The position numbers and the translations under genes are program-made. This document shows, piece by piece, positions 1 to 13,185 of a stretch of 64,000 nt of DNA (positions are counted from its first letter, which is position 1; each line of letters begins with the position of its first letter). Source of the DNA: Octopus sinensis (lineage: Eukaryota); the NCBI RefSeq assembly GCF_006345805.1, contig NC_043000.1, forward strand, positions 129,952,001-130,016,000, read 5' to 3'. A model generated the notes under the pieces. The model did not search any database and was not told the origin of the DNA. It was given only the letters and a program-made list of their open reading frames with translations.

Positions 1-1329
1 TATCCAACAATTGATTTGAATGTTTACTCGACTTTTCCATTGACATTGACATTCATTCATTTGAAACTATAATTACAACATGCTTCCATGCTTTAACATT
101 CATAAAGGAAACAATAAAACTATTAATTATCAATGTGGAATGTTTTAAAGAATATACTTTTGTATATGAAATCTAGGCATGGATATAAATCAATAAACCA
201 AAACGTAATTATTAATCGGTATTTTTCTTCTTGGCTACGTCACGATATTCCAGAGCAGGCTTAGAATTAATACATAGAAATATATTTTTTTCAAATATTA
301 TTTAAGGCCATAATAATATTATTTTCCTGTTATGTTATATGGCTTCTATCAATGTCTATAGATATACAGTAAGTCCTGTATGGTTTGTGATGTGCTATTA
401 ATAAACGCAGCTGTTGTTCGTGTTAACATGAAAATTGTTATTTCGCCAGAATGTCTTTGTACCTTTTCCTATTTATTAAGTTCAACTTTAACCATGAATA
501 TGAATGCACTGCGAGAAAACTCTATATTCTAACCAAATAAACGTACCTTCTTGGTTGTTTTCATAATAATAATAATAATAATAATAAAGATAGTGTGTGT
601 AAGTATATAAGCATATGTGACTGTATGTGCGACTATATTTCTTTGTGTTTGTGTATTCAAAAAGCCATTATCCCCTCTGAAATAAAGTTAGAAAGCATCT
701 AAATATACACAGACACATAGGATCGCGTGATAGAGTCTAATGAGAGATCCAGTTCAAAAGGTTTAAGTCCTTTAATTTCATGCCATTAACATCACGTAAT
801 GTCAATTGTCCGTTCCATCCACTCTTAACTAATTGGCAATCACTAGTTGTCGGCTTACCAATATGAAGGCGTGCTTTCTTTCCTAAACCTCTTCAGCCGT
901 TATTTCAACGAAGATTTCCTACATCAAAATTTTCTCGCTAAATCACAAGACATATTGGCTATTTAATAAGCCTTCTTCACAATACTTACATCCTTAAGCT
1001 ATGCAATCATCATTAATTAGTAAAGTTTACAATAAATAGGAATACTATATTCTCACTTAGTCAATATACTGCAGTTTTCAGAATTGAAATTTCGAAAGGG
1101 TCGATTAGACTCTACAGCTTCCTGAGCGATTTACATAAGAACACATTTTGTGTTGGCCGTGCATTCTAATGCATATGCAATTGTAAATTTGTATCGGGGT
1201 TAGAAATTCGTTCTATGCTTATCACAATCGCTTTTGCTTTACCTTATAATCAAATCTGGTCAATACCATAATGATGCTGCTGCTACAAAAGTAAAACTCG
1301 TTGATGATGATGTCCGAAGTCCTCGAATT

Positions 1330-1401
1330 GCGTAGGTGATGTAACGGTTAGCATAGTTACCTTCTAAACAGTCAATCCGGGTTCGACTCTCAGTCGACGC
1401 A
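1330..1401 (+). pseudogene. tRNA-Gly(TCC)-derived pseudogene; anticodon now reads TCT
   Basis: 72 nt GCGTAGGTGATGTAACGGTTAGCATAGTTACCTTCTAAACAGTCAATCCGGGTTCGACTCTCAGTCGACGCA is colinear with metazoan tRNA-Gly-TCC (GCGTTGGTGG...TAGCATAGCTGCCTTCCAAGCAGTTGACCCGGGTTCGATTCCCGGCCAACGCA). A- and B-box-like motifs are present and a T-run follows. Mismatches disrupt the anticodon, T and acceptor stems. Confidence 0.8.
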
Positions 1402-1414
1402 TCTCTTTATTTTA

Positions 1415-1576
1415 GGTGTATGAGTGGCTGTGTAGTAAGTAGCTTGCTTACGAACCACATGGTTATGGGTTCAGTCCCACTACGTGACACCTTGGGCAAG
1501 CGTTTTCTACTATAGCCTCTGGCCGACCAAAGCCTTGTCAGTAGATTTGGTAGATGGAAACTGAAAGAAGCCCGTC

Positions 1577-1630
<54 letters not shown>

Positions 1631-1843
1631 ATATATATATATATGTCTGTGTTTGTCCCCCCCATTATCGCTTGATAACCGATGCTGGTGTGTTTACTTC
1701 CCTGTAACTTAGCGGTTCGGCAAGAGCGACCGATGGACTAAGTACTAGGCTTACAAAGAATAAGTCCTGGAGTCGATTTGTTCGACTAAAGGCGGTGCTC
1801 CAGCATGGCCACAATCAAATGACTGAAACGAGTAAAAGAATAA
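1415..1843 (+). mobile_element. SINE family A, full length (tRNA-like head, CORE-like segment, internal (TA)n, LINE-like tail)
   Basis: A box TGGCTGTGTAG, B box GGTTCAGTCCC, 'accttgggcaag', central TA tract, tail ggcggtgctccagcatggcc...gactgaaac. Colinear with the copies at 36933, 39410, 52473 and 61348. Confidence 0.9.
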
Positions 1844-1844
1844 C

Positions 1845-2042
1845 AGGGCCGGTTACCCCAGGTCCCGTCGCATATAAGTGACCGAAATCACAACCCCACC
1901 CCCTGAACAGGACGCTAGTCCAGCGCAGACATATTCATTTACAGCTGAGGGAACGGAAGAAATGTGAGATGAAATATTTTGCTAAATAATACAGTTCCCT
2001 ATCTCGAATGCAAAACCCTAAGTATCAGGCCACTCGCCTTCT
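1845..2042 (-). mobile_element. Decayed SINE: D-type (CORE-like) head plus tail X
   Basis: Reverse complement reads ...cagctgtaaatgaa...tgcgctggactagcgtcctgttcagggg...ggtaaccggccct. Similar to 27800-28040 and 61890-61975. Confidence 0.6.
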
Positions 2043-2562
2043 CTAGCAGCTGATACTTATCATCATAGTCACGATAATCACGATATCATCGTGAGCATCT
2101 CGGGTTTGATCCTGAAATCTATTATTTACTAGAAACAACGAAATTTAGTAATTAAAAGCTTCAAGAAATGGGTATTTTCCAAGGCATTAATGATACAAAT
2201 TCACTGAAGGTATGATCCCAATATTACTGTAATAAACAAACAAAAACTAATAAGAACGAGATTCGAAGAAAAGCTACATTGTTTCTTATATAAAATATAA
2301 TTCCTGAGCATATTGGAACAAGTCTCTCTCGTAGAAAATATGTCAGGAATAATGACGTCGAACAATTTCATGATTGTAACAACTATACAGGTCAGAGTTT
2401 CCTAACCGTTTTTGTTTCATTTACTCACGGGAAACGTTTTGAAAGTAACCTTTCTTCGACCCTATTCTCTTTAGTAATTTGGTGTCTGGGCATCTAATAT
2501 AATAAAGAAACGACAAAGAAGAATTTAAAATACAATTTTAAACGTTACTTTAATCTCAAATG

Positions 2563-2650
2563 AGATGGCGGTCTGGCTAAAATTATCCTTTCTTCCGAAT
2601 CTTTAAATTCGTGTCCAAATTCCGCTGAGGTTCACTTTGCCTTCCATAGT
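2563..2650 (+). mobile_element. Decayed SINE family B fragment
   Basis: caaattccgctgaggttcactttgccttccat matches the family B body. Confidence 0.6.
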
Positions 2651-3570
2651 TTATATATATATATAATTATATATATCATTACATATATAATATATATATT
2701 ATAGGCCAAATTTTCTTCTAGTGATAAAGTATCGCAGTTGAAAACCCTTGATATAAATAATAATATAGACAATATCCTACTTTCCAGAAATGATAGAGTG
2801 TCAATGTATTTGACAGCATCATTTCATGCCTAGTAGCCTCTTGCTCGATTTGGGAACCGAAAAAGAAGAATCGTACCTTTGAGGTGTATTTAGGAAATAA
2901 ATTTGCGAAAGCCTTCCTGTAAAGCCCATTCACATAAAATAATATATTAAAATATTTCCTATTCTGCAGGTAATATGTTTTCAGAGTTGTTTCCCCGCTT
3001 GTGCTCTTCAGATAGACAGATGTGATATTCAGCGTAGTTCTCAATGAAAATATGATATACGATAAGATAAATTTCGTTCTGTCAATTACAGCCGTGTTGG
3101 AATATTTATACCCCAGAACTCCCGACACCAACATTACACCCAATGTTTAAATATAATTAAGCTCACGATCTCCAAAATTCTGTTACATCGGAAAATGAAA
3201 TAAAACAAGAGTGAAACAAAATAACACTTCTCTCGTGTACGAAGTTTTTATAGAAATACAATCCCAGTTTAGAAACTTTAACGTTATTTAAACATCACTA
3301 ACATAACTTAAAGAGTAGAAAATATACACTTCTACAAAAGTAGATACTTATGTTTAGTACAGAATATTAGGAAATTGAACTTAATTGCAACAAACAACGC
3401 CAACTGTATACACAAACATACATAAACACAGACATATGTAAAAACATAAAATTACACACATAGTTAGGTGTGTGCATGTGTATGTGTGCGTATGTGTGTT
3501 CCGAGTTCGTGCTTATATGTATGTGTAGTTTATTTGTAAATCTTTGCTACGCTACCGCCAAAGAAGAGTG

Positions 3571-3614
<44 letters not shown>

Positions 3615-3861
3615 GCGTGTGTGTGTGTGTGTGTGTGGTGTGTGTGTGTGTGCGTGTGTACATAAAATGTAAACAATAGACAAAGACAGGTGAGGGAACA
3701 GTAAGCAGATGTATTAGTTTGATGGTCGAGAGAAAAGGATGTGCGGTAACAAACGGAGAACGAAAAAACACGAGAGGGAAGAATGTGTGGATTAACGGTT
3801 CAGCATGATGAAATAACCGGATGTATACACACACACACACACACACATATATACGTACATA

Positions 3862-4990
3862 TTTCTTGTAGTTTCAGCTCATAGCTGTGGCCATGCTGGA
3901 GCACCGTCATTTTGCTACACTTTTATTACTGTGATCTTCCTTTAATATATGGCAATTGGTGTAGAACGGAGTTTGATGAGGTAGGTCCATCTGGGACTCA
4001 GACAGGAAGAGGTCCAGCCTTGATCTAAAAAACGTCCATATCTACTTTGAGGAGATTCCTCAGGTTCTTTGGGAGAATATTAAAAAGCTATGGGCCCTTG
4101 AAACCCAGGCTGTTGCGGTAACTGGTCCAAAAGTGCAAAGGCATTGCTGGGATCTTTGGCACTATGCAGTGTCGACCCGTTCTGGCATTGGTGTAGCTTT
4201 CAATGCCAAAATTTGGCACAATTCCTTTCAGGATTTTCCAGATGTATATTACTGCATATCTCTCCCGTCTTTGCTCCAGGGACTAGGAGTCGTATGTGTT
4301 TCAGCCTTTCCCAGTAGCTGAGCATTTGCAAAGAGACGATCCTTTTTGTGAAGCTTCGCTGAATTTCTTCAAGGTCTGCTGTAAACTTTACACTGTTGGG
4401 TGACCATAGACGGGAGCAGTAATCCAGGCGGCTGAGGATGAATGTCCGCCAGAGGACCATCATGGTATCCTTATCTCTGGTTCTGAATGTTCTTAGGATC
4501 CATCAAGCCAGTCGTCTGCACTTTGTCACCATCCTGGTGATGTGCACTTGGAAAGAGGTATCATCACTCATGTCGATACCCAAGTCCCTCACTGATTTAA
4601 GCTCTGTGATTGTAATTCTCTGTAGACCATTGTACTCTGTAAGTTTCATATTCAGTTTCGGATGCTGGTAGCGCAGGGCTTAGAATTTTTCAGCATTACA
4701 CTGCATGTTATTATCCTCAGCCAATCTGTAAATTGAGTGCAATGCCTGCTGCAGATGTGCAACATCCCCGGGGTTCTGTATTTTCTGCGAGACATTCGTA
4801 TCATCTGCGTAGCTAGCAAGGGTGGCTATCCGGACAGTTGAGGGTACATCTGAGAGGGCCACTATGAAAAGCAGTAGTCCCAAGACAGTGCCCCGTGGAA
4901 CACTGCTCATTATTTGTGTTTTCGTTGAGGTGGCGCCATTGACCACTATTGCCTGACTGCTATCTTTCAGAAAGTCATGTAACTACTCTC
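3862..4990 (-). mobile_element. LINE A: 5'-truncated, decayed CR1/L2-group non-LTR retrotransposon (RT to 3' end)
   Basis: Broken minus-strand frames give SSVPRGTVLGLLLFIV..SYADDT (RT), LWRTFILSRLDYCSRLWSP..LEEIQRSFTKRI..LSYWERLK and LFNILPKNLRN..LDLFLS..PD.P..SNS, followed by a short 3' UTR and tail. Confidence 0.9.
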
Positions 4991-6715
4991 TAAATCAGAT
5001 AAAACTTAGATACATTTCCACCAAAGATTGGTGCAGGCCATGTCTAACTTAATAGTACCACCTGATAGGATTATCTAAATCCTTTTTAAGTCAAGTTTTA
5101 TGGTATCGTCGTCCATTCGAGTAGGGAGTTCTTGTTGAGTGAGTTGTATCCAGGTATAGGTGGCTTATCTGGTATTCCTTGAAGAAATTTGTCCAGATTC
5201 TGTTTAAAGGGGGATAGGATCCTTTTCCTCTTCGATCTGTTTTGTGACAGTGTTAAATAGGACAGGGCCTGTTGAGGAAAATAAATTGTGTTGCAGTGTA
5301 TTTATGTGTTGTAATCCTGATTTGGGTAGGGGCCGTGGTCCTAGCTTTAGATGTATTTTGAAGCTAATGTTGAGGTCGTTTGGGCAATGCTGACGGTATA
5401 TTCTCCACGTCGTGCAAATGGAATATCGCTCGCGGCGGCACTGGAGAGAATACAGTTTCAATGCTTTAAGGCGGCCCCACTAATCGAGATCATTCATGCC
5501 CTCTGGGGTGATTCAATTTTCGAGATGTTATGTTATGTATGGGGAGACCACAGGGAGCAACCGTACTTGTGGTGTGGCCGTACAAAGGAGGAGAAAAGTG
5601 GAATGATGACACCTTCTTCTCTGTCTCTTAGGATCTAGGACCTCATCTTACGAGCTATATCGACCTTTTGTTGATGTGTGCACTCCAACTGAGATTGTTA
5701 TCTACATTACTCCTAGGTCTCTGATATTATTAGATGCTGTAAGAGGCTTTCCTAAAGTAAGACAGTATGGTTATTTTAGCACAGTCTTTTTCCCAAAATT
5801 CATCAGCTCAAATTTTCTCTCGTTTAGTTGTATTTTGTTTTTGTCTGCCCATTGACTCAACGCATGAAGTTTAGACTGGACTTGAGTTCAGTCTTCTTCT
5901 TCATCAATAATTTTCACTTTGCTGTGTTTTACGACGCTGGAAATATCGTTTATATAGATTATAAAGAGGAGCGGGCCCAAGACAGTCCCCTGAGGGACAC
6001 CACTGATGACATTTGCTGGGCTTGAGTGGACTCCATCGACCACAACATGTTCTGTTCGCCAGGAAATACTCAATGCAGTGTTTGCAACATTTGCCAATTT
6101 TGAGAGTAAGTTATTATGGTCAACTCTGAAGAACGCTTTTCTGAAGTCAAGATATATGACATCAGAGTTCGAACCTGTTCCCAAGGCTCTAAGTATATCA
6201 TCGATGTGGTGTAAGAGCTGTGTTAGACAGTTCCTGCCACAGCGAAAGCCCTGCTGCTTTGAATTTAGGAGTGTGTGGATCTCCACGAAGCCAGCTATCA
6301 TTGATCTTATCACTCTTTCAAACACTTTAATGATATGGGAGGTGAGCGATATTGGCCGATAGTTCACTGCGAGGGATCTGTTTCTCTGTTTGAAAACCGG
6401 GATGACAGACTTGGATAGGAGCTGTTTCGGTATATAAACTGAGTCTAAAGAATTTCTCCAGAGGTTGAACAGAGGGACTGTAAGCAGGTGTCTACATTCC
6501 TTCAGGAAACTAGCGGGGAATATATCAGGGCCTACAGCAGAATATTATTTGACCTCATTTAGTGCTGCTGTGATGTCTGAGGTAGTGAAGGTTATGTCCG
6601 AGATTTTATGTTAGGAACCAACTTCGTTCGCTTCCCTTACGTCAATATCAGTGGGATCACTAAAGACAGAGCAGCGTTGTTTCTTCAATAGTTCTGCTAT
6701 TTCTTTAGCATCATG
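4991..6715 (-). mobile_element. LINE B: 5'-truncated, decayed CR1/L2-group non-LTR retrotransposon abutting LINE A
   Basis: ORF 5888-6367 gives NYRPISLTSHIIKVFER..QQGFR..YLDFRKAF..SGVPQGTVLGPLLFIIYIND, with the YADD region deleted. ORF 5204-5461 gives LYSLQCRRERY..LFN. 3' tail at about 4991-5075. Confidence 0.92.
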
Positions 6716-6787
6716 TATATATATAAAACTGACAGATATATAAATATATAGCTATATTACAGATATATAGATATATAGCTATATTAC

Positions 6788-6850
<63 letters not shown>

Positions 6851-7595
6851 AAACAACAATCAATAAAAATATTTAAAGGTATATACTGTGTAACTCGTGA
6901 TGATGGTAATGACGATGATGATGGCGAAGATGATGTTGAAAACAATGAATATGATAATGTTGATGATGAATATCATGATGTTGATGACGATAATAATGAT
7001 GAATAGCGACAAAGAAATACACGAAGAAATTGGTAATGATCAGGATGTACAGGGCGTTGACGACAACACCAACGATGAATATTATATACTTGTGTTAGTG
7101 TTAGCAAACAAAAAGGAAACCACAATAACGAACAACGAATATTCACCAACTTTAGCAAAGAAACAATAGAAAAATAAATCATATATATATATATATATTT
7201 GAATGTACATATATATGTATATATTTGTGTGCACGTGTGTGTGTATATGTGTGGTATTCTGCTCAGAATGTAGCAAAAATTTATACGTACGCACTCATGC
7301 TTATACATACATATATACCAATGTATTTAGGTCGTAACAAGGTTAAGTTGAGCGCTACTAAAACAGGAGAAAAATCGATATATTTCTGTTTAATGTAGTA
7401 ATGCATGGCTTTTTCCTATTTGTTTGTTTGTGTTTTTTTTTCTTGACACTCAACCTATACCGATTCTACATATAGTTCCATTAATTAAAATTTTCTGGAA
7501 AGCTTTAAAACGTAGGCAACATTTCTTCTCCGATTTGAGTGATTCACGGGAAGTATAAATATATATATATATATATATGTGCATTTTTGTGTACT

Positions 7596-7714
<119 letters not shown>

Positions 7715-7939
7715 GAATTTAACTGCGCAGGAGGAACAATGAGTAAAACAGATACTGTGAGAGGAGCCCTGCCAAGTATTTATTTAAGCTTGGTCAAGAT
7801 TTCAATTTATTTGTAGTTTCCTGTACAGTGGTCTACACACGCACGCAATCCCATTCACATACACTTATATATTATATCATTTTCTTATTGGATTCACTCT
7901 CTGGTCTGTACCTATGTTCTAACTGATTGCTTTAAAGCT

Positions 7940-8212
7940 TTTAGTCAATCAAATCTAACACAGTGCTTATTCTAAGATTGGTGATTCTTCTATTGGACTC
8001 CGTTTGTTAAATCGCTATATTAAGGGAATGTAAAAAACAGTTTATAAGCTGTTAATGTTTAGAGACACGCACTACACACACACACACATGAATATATATA
8101 GACAGACTACAGCCCATTTTCTACTGAAATCATTCATAAGAAATAAATCTGTGTGTGGCTATAGCAGAAAAAACCACTTGCTCAAGATGCCACGCAATGG
8201 AACCGAAGCGAA
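7940..8212 (-). mobile_element. Decayed SINE family A
   Basis: ggctatagcagaa...cacttgctcaagatgccacgcaatggaaccgaa matches the reverse of the family A head. Confidence 0.6.
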
Positions 8213-8216
8213 TTGA

Positions 8217-8710
8217 CAACAATGACACGGAAAATGAAACTTTTACACTATATACGACCTTAATCGGAGAAAGGACTAAGATTTTAGTATGTCTGTACAG
8301 CTTTCAGTAACATGTAGTGAGAAAATGCTTTTGAGTATTGTTAAAAGTGTTTATAGTGCCTAAAGATTTCTTTAAAAAAAAGTTTCCTTGGAAGCAAATT
8401 CAAATAGTTTGAAAGCGAACGTTTTAACCGCATACACAAACCTTCAACACATATCTAATATTCAGTATTTGATATTTATGTGAAATCAAGATGAGAGCAG
8501 ATAATATTCGTGATTAGCAAAAATATATTTGCGAACAACGGAAGTTGGATAGTAACTGGTCGAACTCAAGAAATGGTCACTGCTGCCCCAATGAATACAC
8601 CATGCTTTGGATCGGAGAAATCCAAGCAATTTTCATAAAAATCTGACACACTTTTCTGTATGAGCATTCTCAAACTTATCGATGGTATTTTCAAATAGTC
8701 TCTGGATGCA

Positions 8711-8796
<86 letters not shown>

Positions 8797-9518
8797 AATA
8801 TGCATGCACGCACAGTTATACACAGACACATTAGTGTGCCTGTATGTGGGTGTGTGCGAATGTGAATGTGTGTAAGTGCGTGTTTTTGTGATTGTGCGTG
8901 TGTGTGTGTTTATGTATGTTGAATTTAGTATATATTCGGGATTGCATCTGTCGTCCGTTTAATCTTATCTGTTTTGTATCTATCGCTTCAATTTTCGCTG
9001 CAATCCTTGTACCGACCCGGTGTTTTTGTATCTTACATTCCTCATCCTCTCATTGAAATCTTTGCCATTTCGAGTTCCTCATCTTATCTGTTTCTCGTTC
9101 CATCTATCGCTTTCTATTACTCCTTAGCAAGATAAAGATTTTAACAAGAAACTTAAACATAAAGCTACTGCTAAATTTGTGGTACGATCTTCAGTTTCTG
9201 AAAATGACTTATTCGTTGATTTTAATTAATTCAAGCTCAAATTCAAATTTATTAGAAGCCGGTTTACATTATGTTTATTTAAAGGACCAAATGTATTTCC
9301 TTTCATAGTAGAATTGCTGTAAATATTTCCATCGCAACAATGACACGGAAAATGAAACTTTTACACTATATACGGCCTTGATCTGAGAAAGGACTAAGAT
9401 TTTAGAATATCTGGACAGCTTCCAGTAACATGTAGTGAGAAAATGCTTTTGAGTATTGTTAAAACCCAAAGAGTTTATAGTGCCTAAATATTTCTTTTAA
9501 ATAAAAATTTCCTTGGAA
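8217..9518 (+). repeat. Imperfect direct repeat of about 180 bp (8217-8393 and 9335-9518)
   Basis: Both copies begin caacaatgacacggaaaatgaaacttttacactatatacg and end tttccttggaag, with scattered substitutions and a small indel. Confidence 0.9.
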
Positions 9519-9519
9519 G

Positions 9520-10535
9520 TCAATAAAGGCACCACATTTCCAGCATCATTTGTCTGTCTTATAAAAGCGAATCAAAGGATGTAGGCTTCCAAACCATGGC
9601 TGCACAAACAAAAATGACTGACAAAAACATCTGATGCAAACAGCAATTTTGAGTTCCTGAAATATATCTGAAAATGTGGCACCAAGGGATTCAGCGGTGC
9701 TTTGTTTGCTCTGGTGGAGCCAAAAACCGATATGAATTTACCATATCAAAGAAGAGGAAGAATGCATAATTGCAATGAAATTTTCTAGTAATTTTACGTC
9801 TTTCCCGTTCATGGAGATAACCCAACATTTAAGACCTTATTGTCAGGTGGCTATTGAATATTAATTATAAGATTATTTTGTCAAAATGCTGCAAAAGGGA
9901 AAGAGGCAACTTCTATGAATAGTGTCATATATCTTGTCCCTATCAACGCACTGGTTAAGACAGCCAACGAATTGGTACCGAAGTTGTTTCAGAACCTGCA
10001 ACACTATTAACTAACATACAAGTGGCAAAATAAAGGAAGAAAAAGATTGATGCACAACGTCAATTGGAGGCTGCTGCAGTTACATCCGAGATGTGCATGC
10101 AACAGCTAGATAAAGTTAGGTTACGATCTTGCAAAATGTGTTAATTAATTGGCTCCTTCAGGTCTATTGCTACGCAATCAGATACAAAATGGATTTCCAA
10201 TAATGCTGCATCGTAATTTACAACAACTGTGACTAAGCAATGGCACAAAACAATTGGTTAATAAACTTATGCGAAATGTCATTATTCTCATGGGGTTCAT
10301 CAAAGAACGGGATACACTTATACGCATATTTCCACTCATAGCAACAGATGATTCAGAAGAGTTCAGCTTGCAGAACAAATTCGATAAATCTCAAGGGCAA
10401 ACCTTAAAACTGTCTCAATTGCATACTGAGTAAAAACTGCTTTGCTAATGATTATTTTTATACATGATAGTCAAATGTTGGAAGCCCCTATAATCCATAT
10501 GATATTTATGACGTCCTGGTAAAATTCATAAACTG
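9520..10535 (+). mobile_element. Decayed, internally deleted Helitron RepHel coding relic
   Basis: The frame from 9756 reads GRMHNCNEIF**FYVFPVHGDNPTF (compare GRYISSNEAVWRIxxFPIHERxPTV). The frame from 10191 reads GFPIMLHRNLQQL*LSNGTKQLVNKLMRNVI...LIRIFPLIATD...KSQGQTLK, matching Pif1-family helicase motifs MLLRNL, LCNGTR and KSQGQT. Confidence 0.8.
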
Positions 10536-11086
10536 AGTCATTTACACGGCACCACACACACACACACACTATCTCTCTCTCTCTCACACAGCCTATCTGT
10601 TCCCCTCACTATTTCTCTCTCTCTCTCTCTCGATCGGTGTCATATGCAGTTAGGTGCGACGGGTTGAGAGCTTTATTTCTATGGAGGATAACAGGTTATC
10701 TAAGCATTTGTTTTACGGTAAGTTATGACAAACATCTGAGACATAACGCTAAGAAATGTTTAAGGGATTCTGTCGAACATGAATTTAGTGTAGATGTTGC
10801 TGATTGGGGACAGGTGACAGAAAACCTATCAGTTTAGAAGGAAGTGATCTACGATGGTTGTGAAACATTTGAAACAAGTACTTCGAAAATGTGAGTACAA
10901 TACCAGACACTTTTCTGTCTGAAAATGTATGTAACGTCTGCATTAGGGTCGAAACACGCACACGCACGTCATATAAGATCTCATGACGTTAATTTCTTCT
11001 TGAAGAGACGCCCTTCTTCTGTGAACAAGTGACAATCACAATACCCATACATACATACACATATATACATACACTTACATGTGTAA

Positions 11087-11133
<47 letters not shown>

Positions 11134-11897
11134 CAGAGAGAGAGAGACATTTGCCCTCAAACGATTGCAATGAATTATTTGAATAAGGTTAAAGCTCAAA
11201 GTCAAGATAAAATCGAAGGTATGTCATCTACAAGATATTAGGAAGCCTCATAGTTTAACATACCCGTGCGAAATGTTAATGCATATTTTTATTAAATATG
11301 CATAGCTTTTAACTGAAAGCACTTAATCTGCAACTCGCTTGAACGAGAATGTGCGAAACCTATGTAGTACCTTATTTGTTTATAAAGAATATTCTTGTTT
11401 CTCTCCCCTATAAAACTGCTGCAGGTCAAAGGCGCCTGGAATATGATTAGCAGAGGTTTTCTACATATCTCATTCTGTATTTTTTGTCTGTATATGTTGA
11501 AAATTTGTTGGATACTAAAAAAACAGTGATAGTATCATTTTAAATTTTCAGCCATTTATATCTCTATCTATCTATCTATCTATCTATATATATATAATTG
11601 AAAACGTGTGTGTGTGTGTGTGTGTAAGCTTATGTATATGTCAGAACAAGGTAAACCGGCGCATATAACCAAACAGAATAATTTCATCCCCCTCCCCCAA
11701 ATACATTCATATTTCGCGGTAGGCATATTTTATTCCAATACCTATTGACCTCAAATATCAACCTATTGTTAAGTCATTTATAAACTCACACTCATGTTTA
11801 TGATTTGCTGAACTTTAGACGGATTAAATATTGTATGTATGTATGTATGTATGTATGTATGTATGTATGTGTATGTATGTATGTATGTATGTATGTA

Positions 11898-11928
<31 letters not shown>

Positions 11929-12150
11929 ACGAGTATATACAAATTTACACTCACCACACACACACACACACGCATACTCTCTGTTTCTCTCTCACAATAG
12001 CCAGAAAGAGAAATACTCATGCCTATATTTTTTTCTTTTGTCATTATTGCTTTTTTTTCTTTTATCTATGTTCTGTTCTTTCATTGTCTTTTCTCCTATA
12101 TTTCTATTTATTCCTCAATTTATTTCGATTTCTACCTCTCTATATCAGAA

Positions 12151-12181
<31 letters not shown>

Positions 12182-13050
12182 ATACTGCTATATTATCATC
12201 ATTTTCAATATTTTCATTATTATCATTATTATTATTATTGCTGTCGTTGGTGTTGTTGTTGTTGTTTTTGATGTTATTGTTCTCATTCTTGTGTGTTTTT
12301 TGTTGTTGTTTTTATTCTTTTCCTTATTATTCCAAGAAGGAAAAATGGAAGAAAGAAAAGAAAGACTCTTCCAATGATCTCAATTTTAAGTTCATTGTGT
12401 CGAATTCTTCGATCAATATATCTCTTTTATTCGTCAATGAAAGGCTCAGAAAGATGGAGAAATTCAACTCTATTGCTTTATTGTTCAAGAAAGACAGTAC
12501 TGAAGTATTCTGGTAAGGGAAGAAAAATGACATAAATTGATGAGCAAATAAAGGAAGTACGGAAGGAATAAATAAGGAAAGGAAAACGCACACACATATA
12601 TATGTATACATATATAAACAGAGTCAAGGTCAAGTAGAAAGAATCGAATGGTGTGGAAGATATATCAGCATGTCAATAGAAAACTGTGTGAATGATCCAG
12701 GAAAGAGAGAGACATAATGAAGGAGAGAGGATGGTGATGATAGAAACAATGGAGAGAGAGAAAATAGAACTATAGAGGTAAATAAGTGAGAGAGAGAAGG
12801 GGAGTAGGGAGATGAGGGAGTTACATTGACGTAGAGAGAAAGAGTGACAGAGAGAACAAGGAGTATGTATTGTATTCAAACTGCTTTAAGCTAACTTTAT
12901 TGTCAAACAATGAAAATGATACTTTTTCATATATATTTCTTTGCTTGCTGTTGAAGCCAAAGCAACCGCCGCTACAACAGTGATGACGATGATGATGATG
13001 ATTAAGATGATGGTGATGATGATAATGAACATGATGATCATGATTGTATT

Positions 13051-13185
13051 AACCATCTCTTAGGTGAGTGCAATAAGATAGCACAAAAAGAGTATAAGCA
13101 CAGAAGTTGGCTTGATGATGAAGTTGGCACCTACATAAACTGGAGGTTATGCCAGCTTTATGAAATGCCAACAGAAAATGGGTTG
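13051..13185 (+). mobile_element. Decayed R4/Dong-like (RLE-type) non-LTR retrotransposon C-terminal fragment
   Basis: Reads NHLLGECNKIAQKEYKHRSWLDDEVGTYINWRLCQLYEMP, matching HIxSxCxxLAxxEYxxRHDxVxxxIHWxLC downstream of the CCHC finger. Confidence 0.7.

Noticed and set aside
2950-2976. Plus-strand AG|GT junction ttcctattctgcag|gtaata
   Set aside because: The pyrimidine tract is short and the donor weak, well within chance expectation.
2718-3143. 141-aa minus-strand ORF with GVMLVSG and YRKAF
   Set aside because: It shows only fleeting resemblance to Tc1 transposase or RT motifs, with no ordered motif series and no splice support.
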